From Diplonema japonicum (Eukaryota; Protista; Euglenozoa: Diplonemea), in contig OZ025656.1 in assembly GCA_964019335.1 (NCBI GenBank), positions 372,001 to 436,000 on the forward strand: 64,000 nucleotides of DNA. The letters are read 5' to 3'. Below the pieces are notes generated by a model, which was not told where the DNA came from, searched no databases, and saw only the letters and a program-made list of their open reading frames with translations. The translations under genes and the position numbers were made by a program. Position 1 is the first letter of the stretch, and every line of letters begins with the position of its first letter. This document shows, in pieces, positions 61,767-64,000 of this stretch.

Positions 61767-63596
61767 ATGCATGGCGGTGTCGTCCTCCCGGATGCGTATT
61801 TCTTGGTCTCCCGGCATGTGACAGCTAAAGGGTGCACCCCGCTAGACTACGAGGAGGTGCAAGAGGGATCTGAGAGGGCCACGCCGACTACAAGTCCATC
61901 TCACAGTGTATCGCTTGCGAACCTTAGTACAAGTACACGATGCACGGTGCCTGTAGAGTCACCGCGGAGGAAGAAGATCGACAGAATGCGGCACATGGGC
62001 CACAGGGTCGGCAGTGCGAAAGCTGCTGCAATACGTGCTTCACAATGGGTCACTCCTTTCGTTAAGCGCCACCAGGGACCACACGGCTTCATGTTCACCA
62101 ATTCCACGGGATACCAATTGCAACCCACTGTGGTCCCTATCTCCCAAGCAACGCCCACCCCGACACCCCCGAATGTTCTTGCACTGGCTCCCACCCCTCC
62201 ACGGTCCTCACCTAAGTTGAAGTTCATTCTTCGTGGTCTTGATGTGCGGCATGAAATGGAGAGTACTGCGCCGCCCCTTGCTATCAAAACCAGAAAGTCC
62301 TTGAAGCCGAATATGATGTCGCTCCTTACCAAGGCCGGCAAGACGGACAATAAGCTCGAAATACAGCAGCCTGACGAGGAAGAGGATGAGGACTTCATCC
62401 ACAGACTGCTCGAGTCGGTAGAGGACACAATGGACGAGGGAAGCTACAACACCATTAAGGAGACCTTCAACTCGGTGTTCGAACCGCGGGTGGCGAAAGC
62501 GGACGAGGCGGCGGAAAATGCACCGAATCCCATGAACAGCGTGGTGCTCCCCGAAGTGAACTCAGCGGAGGAGTGGGAACTGATGGAGAAGATGCTCATC
62601 GAAGCCGGGGAAACTCTACCTTTCAATTTGATCGATTCTGTGACAGGGCTCATATTCAACACACCCTCATGCATCAAGGGACACATGCATGCTGTCTATG
62701 ACCATGAAACCATCGTCGAGGCGGAAGACCTGCTAGTGGCGGGTGTTCAACCTGGCGACGTGGCGAGATTCCCCGACACTTGGAAACACCCAACACAAGG
62801 CACAGCACTGCTTACCATTATCAAAGCGGAGTGGATGGTCCACAGTGCTTGCCAGCACGACATAGATGAAATGAAGCTAAAGGAAGTCGACAGGTGGAAG
62901 GCACCGAAACGAGGGAGACTCCACACACTGTTAACCTCACAATGGGAAACCCGAAAAGAAGCCTTAGCCGTAGCAGAGGACATTGCCGTTATGCTGCTTG
63001 GGATAGTAGAGACCGTGATGGACGATAAGTACAGAAGCCTGATGGTAGCGTCGCTTAAGGGAGGCAGGAAGTGGCACGACGTGGCTGTACAGCTTAACGT
63101 CACGGCACAGCTTTACAGGGTTTGCAATGACTTGTCGGAGCAGGTGAGTGACATTGCAGATGAACAAGCTAATCTAGCGAAGAGGATCGAAAAGCTGAAG
63201 ATCCGCGAGGTGTTCGAATCGGCAGCAACGGAACATGGTGCTGCGGTCGTACGCACGGCATTAAAGAAAAGATGGCATGGGCTTCACACGAAAGCTCAAA
63301 CCCTCCGTTTCGTTGCCCTACAAAAGCAGAAGGATCACCTGGCCGCAAAGCAGCGTCTTAACGATCTCTGGAACGAAGGCAAAGGCGTCGCTAGGTACGG
63401 CCCCCCAGGAACGCCCGTGGTGTTCAAATCAAAACCCAACCCAAGCTTCATCAATGAAATGCTTGAAAGCGTTCCTTTGCCTGTAAAACCCGTCGGGCTC
63501 CTCCTCCCGTGGGGAAAGAAAAAGCGAGACCGTGCATTGAAGAGCCACCTTACGGCGGTCACTACGATGCTGACCGCACCCCCTCCACGAAAGTAA
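61767..63596 (+). CDS. Hypothetical protein with degenerate U-box-like segment and coiled coil
   Basis: LPFNLIDSVTGLIFNTPSCI.GH...YDHETI...HPTQG resembles U-box spacing. True start uncertain. Confidence 0.6.
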   Translation: MHGGVVLPDAYFLVSRHVTAKGCTPLDYEEVQEGSERATPTTSPSHSVSLANLSTSTRCTVPVESPRRKKIDRMRHMGHRVGSAKAAAIRASQWVTPFVKRHQGPHGFMFTNSTGYQLQPTVVPISQATPTPTPPNVLALAPTPPRSSPKLKFILRGLDVRHEMESTAPPLAIKTRKSLKPNMMSLLTKAGKTDNKLEIQQPDEEEDEDFIHRLLESVEDTMDEGSYNTIKETFNSVFEPRVAKADEAAENAPNPMNSVVLPEVNSAEEWELMEKMLIEAGETLPFNLIDSVTGLIFNTPSCIKGHMHAVYDHETIVEAEDLLVAGVQPGDVARFPDTWKHPTQGTALLTIIKAEWMVHSACQHDIDEMKLKEVDRWKAPKRGRLHTLLTSQWETRKEALAVAEDIAVMLLGIVETVMDDKYRSLMVASLKGGRKWHDVAVQLNVTAQLYRVCNDLSEQVSDIADEQANLAKRIEKLKIREVFESAATEHGAAVVRTALKKRWHGLHTKAQTLRFVALQKQKDHLAAKQRLNDLWNEGKGVARYGPPGTPVVFKSKPNPSFINEMLESVPLPVKPVGLLLPWGKKKRDRALKSHLTAVTTMLTAPPPRK

Positions 63597-63697
63597 TAAC
63601 AAAAAAAATTTTTTTTTCTTACCCTCCCCTTTTTTATATTTCATCACAACGTGGGGGAAAGAAAAAAAGAAGGCGTAATAAAAAAAAAAAGAAAATA

Positions 63698-64000
63698 ATG
63701 CCCCCCACGAAATGGACACAAAACACCACAGCAGAACCCAGAAGGGGTTTGCGTGAAATCAACCCGAATACGGTGGATACACATCACGGTGAGATAAAGC
63801 GGAAACCCCTTCCAGAAGGAATGGACAGAACGGAGACGAGCATTGTCGAGGAAGGCATGGAAATACCGACGCCCCTGCCGCGGTGCGCGTACGGGTACAA
63901 CATCAAAGAACAAGACCGGAGCGAAACAACACAACAGGACGAGAAGAAACAACGACTCCCTCTGAACCTCCCTCACGTGAGCAAAACACACATTAAAATC
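63698..64000 (+). CDS. 5' part of a hypothetical protein, runs off the window
   Basis: ATG after an A-tract; 101 codons open to the window end. Confidence 0.55.
   Translation, partial: MPPTKWTQNTTAEPRRGLREINPNTVDTHHGEIKRKPLPEGMDRTETSIVEEGMEIPTPLPRCAYGYNIKEQDRSETTQQDEKKQRLPLNLPHVSKTHIKI

Overview
Gene-dense eukaryotic nuclear DNA. About 32 protein-coding genes lie head-to-tail on the + strand, with no convincing gene on the - strand. GC-balanced coding regions are separated by short spacers full of poly(A), poly(T), poly(C) and poly(G) tracts. The single-strand gene cluster suggests euglenozoan-type polycistronic transcription; with cis-introns present, a diplonemid-like protist is my inference. 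Recognisable genes: mL53-like mitoribosomal protein, two GAPDH paralogues flanking a SMARCD/BAF60-like gene, an ankyrin-anoctamin fusion, a fatty acid desaturase, glycine cleavage T protein, a NADAR-domain protein, NAD kinase, TBCD, DPH5, Mpv17/PMP22, a PARP6/8-like UBA protein, RBM39, PRP16, aspartate aminotransferase, two related Cys-rich type-I membrane proteins and a PARP-B-box-MATH fusion. There is also a TA-flanked MITE. The most striking signal is the intron system. Thirteen GT-AG introns of 32-57 nt can be reconstructed from reading-frame and motif restoration. Eight carry a poly(A) tract of 12-32 nt, usually after a G-rich patch, where the polypyrimidine tract should be, and four end directly in (A)nG. 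Most introns sit near the 3' end of their gene. Several intergenic hairpin or structured islands are ncRNA candidates. All protein calls come from motif recognition, not database searches.
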